From contig CAWGCA010000018.1 of assembly GCA_963820955.1 (NCBI GenBank), positions 376 to 64,375 of the forward strand: DNA of 64,000 bases, written 5' to 3'. Below the pieces are notes generated by a model, which saw only the letters and a program-made list of their open reading frames with translations, was not told the DNA's origin and made no database searches. This document shows positions 1-9,690 of the stretch, piece by piece. The position numbers and the translations under genes were made by a program. The stretch is from an uncultured Gammaproteobacteria bacterium. Lineage in GTDB: Bacteria > Pseudomonadota > Gammaproteobacteria > Chromatiales > Chromatiaceae. The stretch's first letter is position 1; each line of letters begins with the position of its first letter.

Positions 1-2
1 GG

Positions 3-162
3 CTGGCGGGCGAGATCGACTACATCCTCAAAGTCCGGGTGAAGAACGCCCGCGCCTACGACGCGTTCTACCAGGCGCTGATCTCGGAGGTGAAGATCTT
101 CAACGTCACCGCGCTTCTGTCGATGGAAGAGATCAAGTTCACCACGATCGCTGCCGGTCTGA
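3..162 (+). pseudogene. Lrp/AsnC-family transcriptional regulator, C-terminal fragment (5' end outside the window; apparent 1-nt indel near 146-150)
   Basis: Frame 3 reads LAGEIDYILKVRVKNARAYDAFYQALISEVKIFNVTALLSMEEIKFTT, a typical Lrp/AsnC effector-domain C-terminus. The expected ending TT-SLPV-stop (tga 160-162) is reached only after a 1-nt shift; otherwise the ORF runs on to 293. Confidence 0.55.
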
Positions 163-227
163 TCCTTACATCTTCTGTTTGGAAATATCCCCGGCGGAGG
201 CATTGCGGCGCGCTGAAGCCAATCCTC

Positions 228-1499
228 TTATGCTACCCGCAGAAAATGCGGCTCAGCGTGCAAGTTCCAGGGGTTCGCAGGCCATGGAAATGATAAAAGG
301 TTCTGCGTAGCGGGGTGGGGTGGCGATCGGCTCAGGGTGGGGCAGCGTTCGAAAAGCACCGGCAGGGCAAGTGTGCAATTCCAGCCTTGCCGCGGGGCGC
401 CGAGGCAAAAATGCACGCCTGCCTCCAAAACTCGTATTGGTTTCTATCAGGCCGTCCCCGGGTCGAAATGTTGCGGGGGCGTCCCATCGACCCGGATCCC
501 GATTGGCCGCGCCCAGCAGGGGGACAGGCGACCCGGCCGCCTTTCGGAATGACGTGCCGGCCGGGACGTCGACATCCTCATAAGCCCACCGCGCAAACAT
601 GTGCAGCGGCGCATGGACGGATCTCTTCGACCGTTGCCTCGATCCTTTCTGCCGTCAGCACCTCGATGCCGTGCCCCGCCTCCAACAGAGCTTTCACACC
701 ATTTCCCAGCGTGTGCACTGTCGCTTCGTGCCCGGCGTTCAATAGCAGTATGCCAGGTCGAGATCAGCTCGTCTGTCGTCAACCGCGCTCCGTCTTGCTC
801 AGCGGCGATCAGGTGAGAGATCAGGTCATCTGCAGGCCGGTTGCGCCGGAACGAGACATAGTCGCATAAACAGGCTGAATTGGGCCGCTGCATCGGCCGC
901 CGCGACTTCATCGGCATGTTTACGGCGAGCCTGATACATGCCGACCATGACGTTCGACCACGCAAGCAGGTCGTCCGCCCTGCTTTCCGGGATGCCCAGA
1001 AGGCGGGCAATCACGATCACCGGTAGTTTCTGCGCGAAGGTCGCAAGCAGGTCAAACCGGTCACATTCGATCCGGTCAATCAGGTCATGCGAGAGCGCCG
1101 TGATCTCGGGCCCCAGCGCCGCGATCCGGCGTGAGGTAAAGGCCGCACCACAAGTGCGCGCAATCGGGTGTGCCGCGGTGGTTCCAGTTCGAGCAGCGAG
1201 TGATCCTCGACTGACCAGAACGCCGCCTGATGCGCTGGTCTTCCTTTGCTTTGATCTTCCGGAGCCTCACGCCCGAACCTTCAGCCAGGTCCCGAAGAAT
1301 CACCAACCGCAGCGTAGGACAACGCGCAGGGCATATCGTAATCCACCCAGCGAAACATCGCGCCGCCCTGCGCCCGCGCCCGTTCGTAGAAGGCATAGGG
1401 GTTCTGAACAAACGCATCGTCGGTCGGGGGTTGCGCAAGATGCAGCAAGAGGTCTCCGTTCGTGGTGCTACCAGAGTGTTCCCAAATGCTTCTGGCCAT
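228..1499 (-). pseudogene. Cytochrome P450, disrupted by at least four frame shifts
   Basis: All pieces lie on the minus strand but in different frames. They are the N-terminus DDAFVQNPYAFYERARAQGG (1281-1499), VIARLLGIPESRADDLLAWSNVMVGMYQA, DDLISHLIAAEQDGARLTTDELIS, the I-helix LLLNAGHEATVHTLGNG (hand translation near 700-760) and the heme loop G.HFCLGAP (228-428). Confidence 0.75.
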
Positions 1500-1560
1500 T
1501 GCAAGCGACGCTTTCTAGACTGCAATCCCATGACCAAGGCCTTCCCACGCCGCGCGCTGC

Positions 1561-3311
1561 ATGCGTGCCCTTTTCCTGATCGCCGTGGCACTTATTGCCG
1601 GCGGCGTCTGGTGGTTCACCTTCACCGCCGCGTTGACGCAGCTTGACGAACGTGGTCGCGCGGATCTGGCGCTGACCTCTGACCGGTTGAACAGCCAGCT
1701 GCAAAGGTTGGGGAACTGTCGGTGTTCCTGTCGGACCATCCTACACTCGTCCCCCTGGTGCTAGAACGGCGGGGAAGTCGCATCGCCGCCTCCGAGCTGC
1801 TGCTTGCGCTTGCGGACAAGACCGGATCGCTGAACATTCAACTGTTCGAACTCTGATCAAACGATGTTGGCGACGTCCGGTCACGAGGTGCTCAACCCCG
1901 GTGCGGCCGAGGCTTTTGACCGTGCGCTGGACGGTGCCTTGGGATCCGCTCTTTTCGTTGACGACGAAGGCCGCCGGATCTTCACCTTCGCGTCGCCGGT
2001 GTTCAAGCCATCTGGGCCGTCCATGGGCGCGGTCATGGTGTCAGTGGATATCAACACGATTAAATCGAACTGGCCAACCGACCCGTCGCCAGTCTACTTT
2101 ACCAACGAAAATGGCCTGGTCTTCGTCTCGAACCGTTCGGAACTGACGTTGACGGATCGAACCGAAACCCCCAACGATCCGTCATACGCGCGCGCGCCGC
2201 GGTTCCCGGTTTTTCAGGAAAACCGGATTGGCAGCCACGATGTCTGGACGTGGGACGCGGGGCCTTATGTGCCGAAGCGGGCACTGCACCTAACGCAGCC
2301 GCTTCCGGCGATCAACATGACGGGCGAGATCTTTGTTGATCTGGCTCCGGTGTTGCGTATCGCCATGTTGCAATCAGCTGTCGCGGTCGCGCTTTGTCTG
2401 GGCTTCGGGACGATGCTGTTTCTTGCCGCCGAACGCCGTCGTGCCTTGTCGGACCGGCTTTCGATAGAGGCCGCTGCCAATTCCGAACTGGAAGCCCGTG
2501 TGCACAAGAGAACGCAGGATCTTTCGGATGCCAACAAGAGCCTTCGCCGTGAAGTTCGGGAAAGGGAGGATGCGGAGACGGCGTTAAGAAAGGCGCAGGC
2601 AGATTTGGTTCAGGCTGGCAAGCTTTCGGCGTTGGGCCAGATGTCAGCAGGCATCAGCCATGAACTGAACCAGCCGCTGATGGCGATCAGATCCTTCGCC
2701 GAAAACGCAGAGCTGCTTCTTGATCGGGGGAAGCCGCAGGCAGCGGCGGAAAACCTGTCCCGCATATCTGAACTTGCGCGCCGCATGGGACGGATCATCA
2801 AGAACTTGCGGGCCTTCTTGCCGCGGCAACAGAGAGAACCGATCGGGGATGTGGATCTGGTTGCCGTGGTGAACGCCGTTCTGGAACTGGCCACCACTCA
2901 AATCATGGCCGAAGGGGTGCGACTCATTTGGGAGCATCCTGAACACTCGGTCATCGTACTCGGCGGTGAGGTGCGGTTGCAGCAAGTCGTGATGAACCTT
3001 GTTTCAAACGCGCTTGACACCATGGCGAGTGTCGAGCGTCGCGCCCTTTCTCTGCGGATCGAAGGTGATCATTCGACCGTGCACCTCGTGATCCACGACG
3101 GGGTGCGTACAGGTATTGCTGATCCGGGCAAGATTTTGACCCGTTCTACTCCACCAAAGAGGTTGGCCAGTCCGAAGGGATGGGTCTTGGCCTCTCGATT
3201 TCATATGGAATCGTAAAGTTTGGGGGTGCAATTCAGGGCCGTAACGATCCGGGGGGCGGGGCGGTCTTTACCGTCGAACTCGCCGCCGCAGGCTTGGAGC
3301 GTGCCGCATGA
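1561..3311 (+). pseudogene. DctB-like C4-dicarboxylate sensor histidine kinase, at least three frame shifts
   Basis: The N-terminal TM segment is MRALFLIAVALIAGGVWWF (1561-). ELSVFLSDHPTLVPLV lies in a second frame, and the main ORF 1864-3216 carries the H-box SAGISHELNQPL. The G-box region FDPFYSTKEVGQSEGMGLGLSISYGIV appears only after a shift near 3125. The stop overlaps the next ATG (ATGA at 3308-3311). Confidence 0.75.
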
Positions 3312-3840
3312 TCGCGCGCGTGCTTCTGGTCGACGATGATGCGGCGGTGCGCGAAGCCTTGGGCCAGTCGCTTGAGCTCGCGGATTTGCAGCCGGTTTTG
3401 GCCGCCTCTTTCATCGAGGCAAAGGACCACATCGCGCCAGATTAAGCCGTATGGTGGCTCGGATATCCGGATGCCGGGCAAGGACGGTTTCGCGCTGCTG
3501 GAACATGCGCAGAAAATCGACCCCGAACTGCCAGTAATCCTGTTGACCGGGGAAGGCGATATACCGATGGCCGTGCGGGGAATTTCCGCGGGTGCATTTG
3601 GTTTTCTCGAGAAACCCTGCGCACCAAAAGACTTTCTGGCGATTGTCGAAAAGGCCCTGCGGATTCGCGCGCTGGTGCTGGAAAACCATCAGATGAAACT
3701 GCAACTCGAACGCGGCGACGCGGCGGCGCGGCTGTTGTTTGGAAAGTCGCAATTGGCGCGGGACCTGCGTGACCGGGTTCGCGCTGTTGCCCAGACCTCG
3801 GCAGAGGTCCTTGTGACGGGCGAGGCGGGCACAGGCACCT
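3308..3840 (+). pseudogene. DctD-like sigma54-dependent response regulator, frameshifted and truncated inside the Walker A
   Basis: The receiver start is MIARVLLVDDDAAVREALGQSL, and SDIRMPGKDGFALL lies in another frame. The sequence then reads EVLVTGEAGTG followed by TSNE-stop, where GTGKE of the AAA+ P-loop is expected. Confidence 0.75.
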
Positions 3841-3843
3841 CCA

Positions 3844-4932
3844 ATGAGTGAAAAAGGTTTATGGAACCAGGACTGGATCGAGATCCAGCAGAAATATTGG
3901 GAAAACCTGTCGGAAATGGGTCGCAATGCGATGGGGCTGAAGGCCTCCAGCAAGAGTCCCTGGGAAAGCGCGATGGATCATTGGTGGCAGACCATATCTC
4001 CGGCAGCATCTAATCCGGCCCAGGAGTTCATGGAAAAGATGCTGGGGCAGGGTAAGGTCTTTTTCCGCATGGCCGAACAATTTTCCAACAGCCTCCAGGG
4101 TTCGGCCCCGACAGCAAATTGGTCTGAGTCGCTGAACAAGGTATTCAGTGACCTGCAGGCGGCCTTTACCGGTGATGCAAAGGGCCTGGGTACCGATTCG
4201 CTGCACAAGATGATGGCCTTCTGGGAAATGCCGCTGGATAACTGGCAGCGGATGGTTTCCTCGCTTTCTCTCATGCCGGGGGATATGTTGCGCAATATGC
4301 CCCATGGGGCCGACTTCGAGCGTTTTCTTTCCGCTCCCGGACTGGGGTATACCCGCGAAGAGCAGAGTCAGCAGCAGGAAATGGTGCGCGTGATGATGGA
4401 CTATCAGCGTGGCCTGCAGGACTACATGCAGTTTTTTTCCAATCTGGGTTCACAATCGGTCGAGCGCATGCGGCAGAAAACCGAAAAACTGGGCGAAGCG
4501 GGTAAGAATATCGATTCCGCGCGGGCCCTGTACGACCTCTGGATCATGTCATGCGAGGAGGTGTACGGCGAGCAGGTAATGACACCGGAATACGCCGAAA
4601 TTCACGGTCACCTGGTGAATACACTCATGGCCCTGAAGCAACAGATGAGTCAGATGGTGGACGAGAACCTCGGGGCGATGAATATGCCCACCCGCTCCGA
4701 GATCCGCACCCTCCAGGATCGTCTCCAGGAGACCCGGCGCGAGAACAAGCAGTTGCGCGGAGACCTGGAAAACCTGCGGGACCAGGTAGAGAAACTGGCT
4801 ACGAAATCAACGTCTTCGATTGCTACGGAAAGAAAGGCCGCGCCGAAAAAGAAGGCGACAGTGAAAAAGAAGGCCGCACCGCGCCGTGCTGCCTCCGGCG
4901 CCACCGCGGCTCGAACCAAGACCCGCGGCTAG
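3844..4932 (+). CDS. phaE: Class III PHA synthase subunit PhaE
   Basis: 362 aa. The N-terminus LWNQDWIEIQQKYWENLSEMGRNAMGL matches the PhaE pattern known from Allochromatium-type synthases. It has a Lys-rich C-terminal tail and sits directly upstream of phaC. Confidence 0.85.
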   Translation: MSEKGLWNQDWIEIQQKYWENLSEMGRNAMGLKASSKSPWESAMDHWWQTISPAASNPAQEFMEKMLGQGKVFFRMAEQFSNSLQGSAPTANWSESLNKVFSDLQAAFTGDAKGLGTDSLHKMMAFWEMPLDNWQRMVSSLSLMPGDMLRNMPHGADFERFLSAPGLGYTREEQSQQQEMVRVMMDYQRGLQDYMQFFSNLGSQSVERMRQKTEKLGEAGKNIDSARALYDLWIMSCEEVYGEQVMTPEYAEIHGHLVNTLMALKQQMSQMVDENLGAMNMPTRSEIRTLQDRLQETRRENKQLRGDLENLRDQVEKLATKSTSSIATERKAAPKKKATVKKKAAPRRAASGATAARTKTRG

Positions 4933-5001
4933 CACCGACTGCTCTGCAATGGCTGCCGTGCCTCGGGGTCGGTAGCGTTAGAATTTTTTAGGAGGATGAA
5001 C

Positions 5002-6069
5002 GTGATTCCAATCGATATCCGGCCGGATAGACTTGCCCAGGAAATGCTCGACTACAGCCAGAAGCTTGGCCAGGGGATCGAAAATCTGCTGAACGCCGAT
5101 AAGATCGACACGGGTGTTACCCCCAGGGTCGAAATCTATCGCGAGGACAAGCTGACACTTTACCGCTATGAGGCACCAGGTAAGGTGGTACAGAATCCAA
5201 CGCCGGTTCTGATCGTCTATGCCCTGGTTAACCGTCCCTACATGACCGATCTGCAGGAAAATCGCTCCACCGTCAGAAACCTGCTGGAGGCGGGGCAGGA
5301 TGTCTATCTCATCGACTGGGGTTATCCCGACGGCGCTGATCGAAGCCTGACGCTTGATGATTACATTAACGGTTACCTCAATCGCTGTGTCGATGTCATC
5401 CTCAAACGACACAAAATCGACAAGATCAATCTACTGGGTATCTGCCAGGGCGGGACCTTCAGTCTTTGTTACAGTGCCATTCATCCTTCGAAGGTAAAAA
5501 ACCTGATCACCATGGTTACGCCGGTGGATTTTAAAACCCCCGACAACATGCTGAGCAACTGGGTCCAGCACATGGATGTGGACCTGTTGGTGGATACATT
5601 GGGTAATGTCCCCGGGGAGTTGTTGAACTGGACCTTTCTCTCACTTAAGCCATTCAGCCTGACCGGCCAGAAATACGTCAACATGGTCGATGTTTTGGGT
5701 GATCCGGATAAATTAAAGAACTTTCTGCGTATGGAGAAGTGGATCTTTGACAGTCCGGATCAGGCGGGAGAGACTTTCCGGCAGTTTATCAAGGATTTCT
5801 ATCAGCAGAATGGATTGATGAAGGGGACGATTAAGATTGGTGAGCGCAGCGTCGATCTGAAGAGCGTCGATATGCCGGTACTGAATATTTTCGCCGAGCA
5901 GGACCACCTGGTTCCACCGGACGCCTCAAGGCCGTTAAGGAATCTGGTGGGTACCAAAGACTATACAGAGTTGTCCTTTCCGGGCGGCCATATCGGTATA
6001 TATGTCAGTGGCAAGGCGCAGGCGCAGGTCCCGCCGGCGATTGGTGCCTGGCTCGATGAACGAAGTTGA
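5002..6069 (+). CDS. phaC: Class III PHA synthase catalytic subunit PhaC
   Basis: The sequence IPIDIRPDRLAQEMLDYSQKLGQG and the lipase-box Cys GICQGG are present, with the ~355-aa size typical of class III. GTG 5002 lies 6 nt after AGGAGG. ATG 4996 (ORF track) abuts the RBS and is the alternative start. Confidence 0.9.
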   Translation: MIPIDIRPDRLAQEMLDYSQKLGQGIENLLNADKIDTGVTPRVEIYREDKLTLYRYEAPGKVVQNPTPVLIVYALVNRPYMTDLQENRSTVRNLLEAGQDVYLIDWGYPDGADRSLTLDDYINGYLNRCVDVILKRHKIDKINLLGICQGGTFSLCYSAIHPSKVKNLITMVTPVDFKTPDNMLSNWVQHMDVDLLVDTLGNVPGELLNWTFLSLKPFSLTGQKYVNMVDVLGDPDKLKNFLRMEKWIFDSPDQAGETFRQFIKDFYQQNGLMKGTIKIGERSVDLKSVDMPVLNIFAEQDHLVPPDASRPLRNLVGTKDYTELSFPGGHIGIYVSGKAQAQVPPAIGAWLDERS

Positions 6070-6104
6070 GCCTGTTGCACACCAAGGATTGGTAGTTGGT
6101 AGTT

Positions 6105-6198
6105 GGGGTCAGGTCTTGAATCTTGAATCATCGGTATCAAAACCTGATTCCAACCACCTTGGCATCTGCCAATAATTCAAGATTCAAGACCTGACCCC
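6105..6198. repeat. Perfect 24-bp inverted repeat (46-nt spacer) between the convergent phaC and GMPR-like genes
   Basis: GGGGTCAGGTCTTGAATCTTGAAT (6105-6128) is the exact reverse complement of 6175-6198. The right arm ends 3 nt before the stop codon of the minus-strand gene. Confidence 0.8.
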
Positions 6199-6201
6199 CC
6201 T

Positions 6202-7221
6202 CTACAGGATTCGGTGGGGCAGACTTTCGGTCCGTCCCGCCGGGGTTATCAGCACATAGTCCAGTTTGCGTTGCAGTTCCTTGATAGTACTGGCTCCGCC
6301 GTAGGTCAGGCCGCTGCGCAGACCTCCGATAATATCGGCGATGATCTCTTCTTCGTCCTCGCGATAGGCGACCTCGGTGGATACGCCCTCCGAGGTCTTC
6401 CATTCGGCCATACCGCCGTGGTAATCGTCCTGGACTTCGCTGCTGGCCATTCCGCGATAGACCTTGTATTTGACTTCCAGCCCGGTTTCATCGCGGCGTG
6501 ACTGGACCTCTCCGGGAGTGGGTTTTGAGCCGGCCAGCATACTGCCGAGCATCAGAAAATCGGCGCCAAAGGCGAGTGCCTTGACCAGATCGCCCGGCGT
6601 GCGCATGCCGCCATCCGCGACGATCGATCGGTCGGTTTTCGCACACTCGCGGATGGCGGTTAGATTGGGCACACCGAAGCCGGTTTTTATTCGAGTGGTG
6701 CAGACCGAGCCGCCGCCGATGCCGACCTTTATAATATCCGCGCTGCAGGAGGCGAGGTAATCGGCGCCGGCGTAGGTTGCAACGTTGCCGGCCATGATGC
6801 AGGCCTCTTTTCCCAGCATCTCCCGCACATGCTTCAGGGTTCGGCCAACATACTTGGCATGAGCATGAGCTACATCGATGCAGAACAGCATGGCTCCCGC
6901 ATCCCGCAGCGCCTCGGCCCGCTGTAGGTCATCGGTTGAACAGCCGATGGAGACGAAGGTGGGATATTCGCACTCCCGCCATATGGCCAGATTACGATCG
7001 ATAGGCATGAAGCGGTGTATTGCACCTATGCCACCATGCCCCCCCATGAAGTTGGCCATCGAAACCTCAGTGATGGTATCCATGTTGGAACTCATAATCG
7101 GCAGCTCGAGTGCCAGCTTACCGGTTCTGTCGCGCATTGAGATATCGACAACCCGCCGTGATTCCCAGTGATTGTAAGCCGGCACTAACAGAATATCGTC
7201 AAAGGTGATCGCATGAATCAT
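6202..7221 (-). CDS. IMP dehydrogenase/GMP reductase family protein without a CBS insert (GMP reductase-like)
   Basis: 339 aa counted from [15 protein letters not shown]. The catalytic loop [11 protein letters not shown] and the phosphate-binding [12 protein letters not shown] are present. The 78-aa N-terminal extension in the ORF track has no family features. Confidence 0.85.
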   Translation of the reverse strand: MIHAITFDDILLVPAYNHWESRRVVDISMRDRTGKLALELPIMSSNMDTITEVSMANFMGGHGGIGAIHRFMPIDRNLAIWRECEYPTFVSIGCSTDDLQRAEALRDAGAMLFCIDVAHAHAKYVGRTLKHVREMLGKEACIMAGNVATYAGADYLASCSADIIKVGIGGGSVCTTRIKTGFGVPNLTAIRECAKTDRSIVADGGMRTPGDLVKALAFGADFLMLGSMLAGSKPTPGEVQSRRDETGLEVKYKVYRGMASSEVQDDYHGGMAEWKTSEGVSTEVAYREDEEEIIADIIGGLRSGLTYGGASTIKELQRKLDYVLITPAGRTESLPHRIL

Positions 7222-7312
7222 TATGGGGGGCCGTCTATCCGGAATGAGGCGGGGACTCCATGCGGATGCTCCCCAACAGTATAATCTATCGTTGCTTTCC
7301 GAACGCGAAAAC

Positions 7313-8419
7313 CTAGTCGCTTTCAGTATAGAGCGGGTAGTCGGTATAGCCCTCGGCCCCGCCGCCGTAGAAGGTGTTCTGGTCCGCATCGTTGAGTGGC
7401 CAGCCTTGGGCCATACGCGCGGGGAGGTCCGGGTTGGCGATGTAAAGTGTGCCAAAGGCGACCAGATCCACCAGGCCAGAGTCGATCACCTGTTGTGCCC
7501 GGTCGACATCATAGCCGCCGCAGATGATGATTGCTCCGGAAAAGGTGTGGCGAAGTTTAGCCAGGAACTGATCCGGGATCATGGCCTCACCGAAGGTCCG
7601 CTGGTCGTTCAGGTGCAGGTAGGCGATGGCTCGCCGATCGAGCTCCCGGGCGAGATGGAGCAGGGTCGCCGTCATCTCCGGGTCTTCCGGCATACCGTTG
7701 AAACGCCCATTGGGGGAGATGCGCACCCCGACCCGGTCTGCGCCGATACTATCGGCAGCGGCGTCGACGGCCTCTAGAAGCAAGCGGCATCGATTTTCCG
7801 GGGTGCCACCGTAATCGTCCTGGCGGTTGTTTATGCCTGCATTGAGGAACTGATCGAACAGGTAGCCGTTGGCGCCGTGCACCTCAACACCGTCAAATCC
7901 AGCCGTGGCAGCGTTTTCAGCGGCTTGCGCAAACTGCGCAACGATCGTATGAATCTCATCACCGCTGAGGGCATGAGGCTGGCTCGCAGGGACATAGCCC
8001 GGATGGCCCTGATCGTCATAGGCAAAGGTCTGGGTCTCTTTCGGAAGCTGGTCAGTTGGGCCTAGGGGGCTTGCTCCGTCGGGTTGTAGGGAGACATGAG
8101 AGACACGTCCCACATGCCAGATCTGGGCAAAAATCAAGCCGGCTGCCGTATGTACGGCATCGGTGACACCACGCCATCCTTCGATCTGGTCAGGTGTGTA
8201 AATACCAGGTGTCCAAAGGTAGCCTCTGCCCTGTGGCGATACCGGAGTTCCCTCGGTTACGATCAGGCCGGCAGTAGCGCGCTGAGCGTAGTATTCAGCC
8301 ATCAAGGAGGTAGGAACATCTCCGTCCCCCGCCCGGCATCTGGTCATGGGGGCCATGATCAGACGATTTTTCAGCCGCAGCTTTTTCAGGGTGAAGGGTT
8401 GGAACAAAGGATGCGCCAT
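7313..8419 (-). CDS. Old Yellow Enzyme family NADH:flavin oxidoreductase (N-ethylmaleimide reductase-like)
   Basis: MAHPLFQPFTLKKLRLKNRLIMAPMTRCRA and HGANGYLFDQFL are typical OYE motifs. The start was chosen at the Met preceding the conserved N-terminus. Confidence 0.85.
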   Translation of the reverse strand: MAHPLFQPFTLKKLRLKNRLIMAPMTRCRAGDGDVPTSLMAEYYAQRATAGLIVTEGTPVSPQGRGYLWTPGIYTPDQIEGWRGVTDAVHTAAGLIFAQIWHVGRVSHVSLQPDGASPLGPTDQLPKETQTFAYDDQGHPGYVPASQPHALSGDEIHTIVAQFAQAAENAATAGFDGVEVHGANGYLFDQFLNAGINNRQDDYGGTPENRCRLLLEAVDAAADSIGADRVGVRISPNGRFNGMPEDPEMTATLLHLARELDRRAIAYLHLNDQRTFGEAMIPDQFLAKLRHTFSGAIIICGGYDVDRAQQVIDSGLVDLVAFGTLYIANPDLPARMAQGWPLNDADQNTFYGGGAEGYTDYPLYTESD

Positions 8420-8550
8420 GTCGTGAGTCCTGTCCGATAAAAATGATAACTCAGGATCAAACCACAATCCTGCCGGGTAGTCGAGCCATCAGACTGTTTG
8501 GTTGGAAGGGTGGATTCCAGTGGGAAAGTCGAATTAGGAAGCAAATAACG

Positions 8551-9141
8551 CTATCTCCCCGTTCCAGTTGGGCCGAGTTTTTTGATTGGCCCGTGCCTGA
8601 AGCAGTCGACCGTATGGTCGTTCACCATGCCTACGGCCTGCATGAATGCGTAGCAGATGGTGGTTCCGACAAAACTGAACCCCCTTTTCTTCAGGTCTTT
8701 ACTCATCATGTCAGATTCCCTGGTATGTGTCGGTACATTTTCCAACGACTTCCAGGAATTCTGCCTGGGACTATAATCCACATAGCGCCAGATGAACTGG
8801 TTGAATGTCCCAAACTCCTCCTGGGCGGCGAGAAATCCCCGGGCGTTGCGAATAGCCGATTCTATTTTGAGTCGATTGCGGATAATTCCCGGGTCGGCGA
8901 GCAGACGCTCGGTTTCTGTCTTTCCGTAACCCGCGATCTTTTTGGCATCGAATGCATTGAAGGCAGTACGGTAATTTTCTCTCTTCCTCAAAACGGTCAG
9001 CCAGCTCAGGCCAGCTTGCGCACCTTCGAGCACCAGCATTTCAAAAAGCTTTCGGTCGTCATGCAGGGGTACTCCCCAATCATCATCATGGTATGCCATA
9101 TAAAGGGGGTCAGTACCGCACCAGGAACAGCGCTTTTTCAT
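8551..9141 (-). CDS. tag: DNA-3-methyladenine glycosylase I
   Basis: MKKRCSWCGTDPLYMAYHDDDWGVPLHDDRKLFEMLVLEGAQAGLSW is the Tag signature, and the size is ~196 aa. Confidence 0.9.
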   Translation of the reverse strand: MKKRCSWCGTDPLYMAYHDDDWGVPLHDDRKLFEMLVLEGAQAGLSWLTVLRKRENYRTAFNAFDAKKIAGYGKTETERLLADPGIIRNRLKIESAIRNARGFLAAQEEFGTFNQFIWRYVDYSPRQNSWKSLENVPTHTRESDMMSKDLKKRGFSFVGTTICYAFMQAVGMVNDHTVDCFRHGPIKKLGPTGTGR

Positions 9142-9374
9142 GTCTCTCCTTGCCCAAATCTTCGATACGGAGATGGAAAAACATGGTTTTCGATCGCTTT
9201 CGTTTCCGCATACCAGCTGTGGAGGTTTGTCGCCCGGACAGGGCCAACGGTGGAAAAAATAGCCACTATAGAAATGAGATGAAAATTGTATACTAAGCAT
9301 GAGCCAGGGCGAAACTCTCAGCCGTCGAAGTAGAAATCCGCGCAAAACGGGTGTTTTCACAGTGATAGGCGGAA

Positions 9375-9646
9375 CTAGTACTCCGTCAAGGTAATAACTT
9401 AGGATTGCAGCCAGTCGGGAAGCGGTCAGATGCTAGGCGCGCGAGTGCAGGACTAGCCGATGCTAATTCAAACGAGCGCAACAACGCAGATGGCCGCTTC
9501 CCGGCTGGCCCGTAGGGAGCCGCCCAAATGCGCCAATCCTGCGTTGCAGTCCTTGAAAAGGGCATGCCATTCCCTTCGGACTGCGCCTTGTCTTGACCCA
9601 TTGGGGTGGCTCTGAATCCTAATTTATTACCTTGACAGAGTACTAG
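9375..9646. mobile_element. MITE-like element (family D), 272 bp, ~32-bp terminal inverted repeats
   Basis: CTAGTACTCCGTCAAGGTAATAACTTAGGATT (9375-9406) matches the reverse complement of 9615-9646 (CTAGTACTCTGTCAAGGTAATAAATTAGGATT) with 2 mismatches. An internal ~23-bp stem runs GCCAGTCGGGAAGCGGTCAGATG ... CAGATGGCCGCTTCCCGGCTGGC. Confidence 0.6.
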
Positions 9647-9690
9647 CACCTGGGGTTCAAAAAGGTAGTGAAAGAAGAGGCCGCTCAGTG

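Noticed and set aside
7222-7455. 78-aa N-terminal extension of the GMP-reductase-like ORF (similar extensions at 8420-8467, 9142-9360, 49669-49719 and 55530-55562)
   Set aside because: The family-typical N-termini begin at internal start codons, several with better RBSs, and the extensions overlap neighbouring genes or intergenic repeats.
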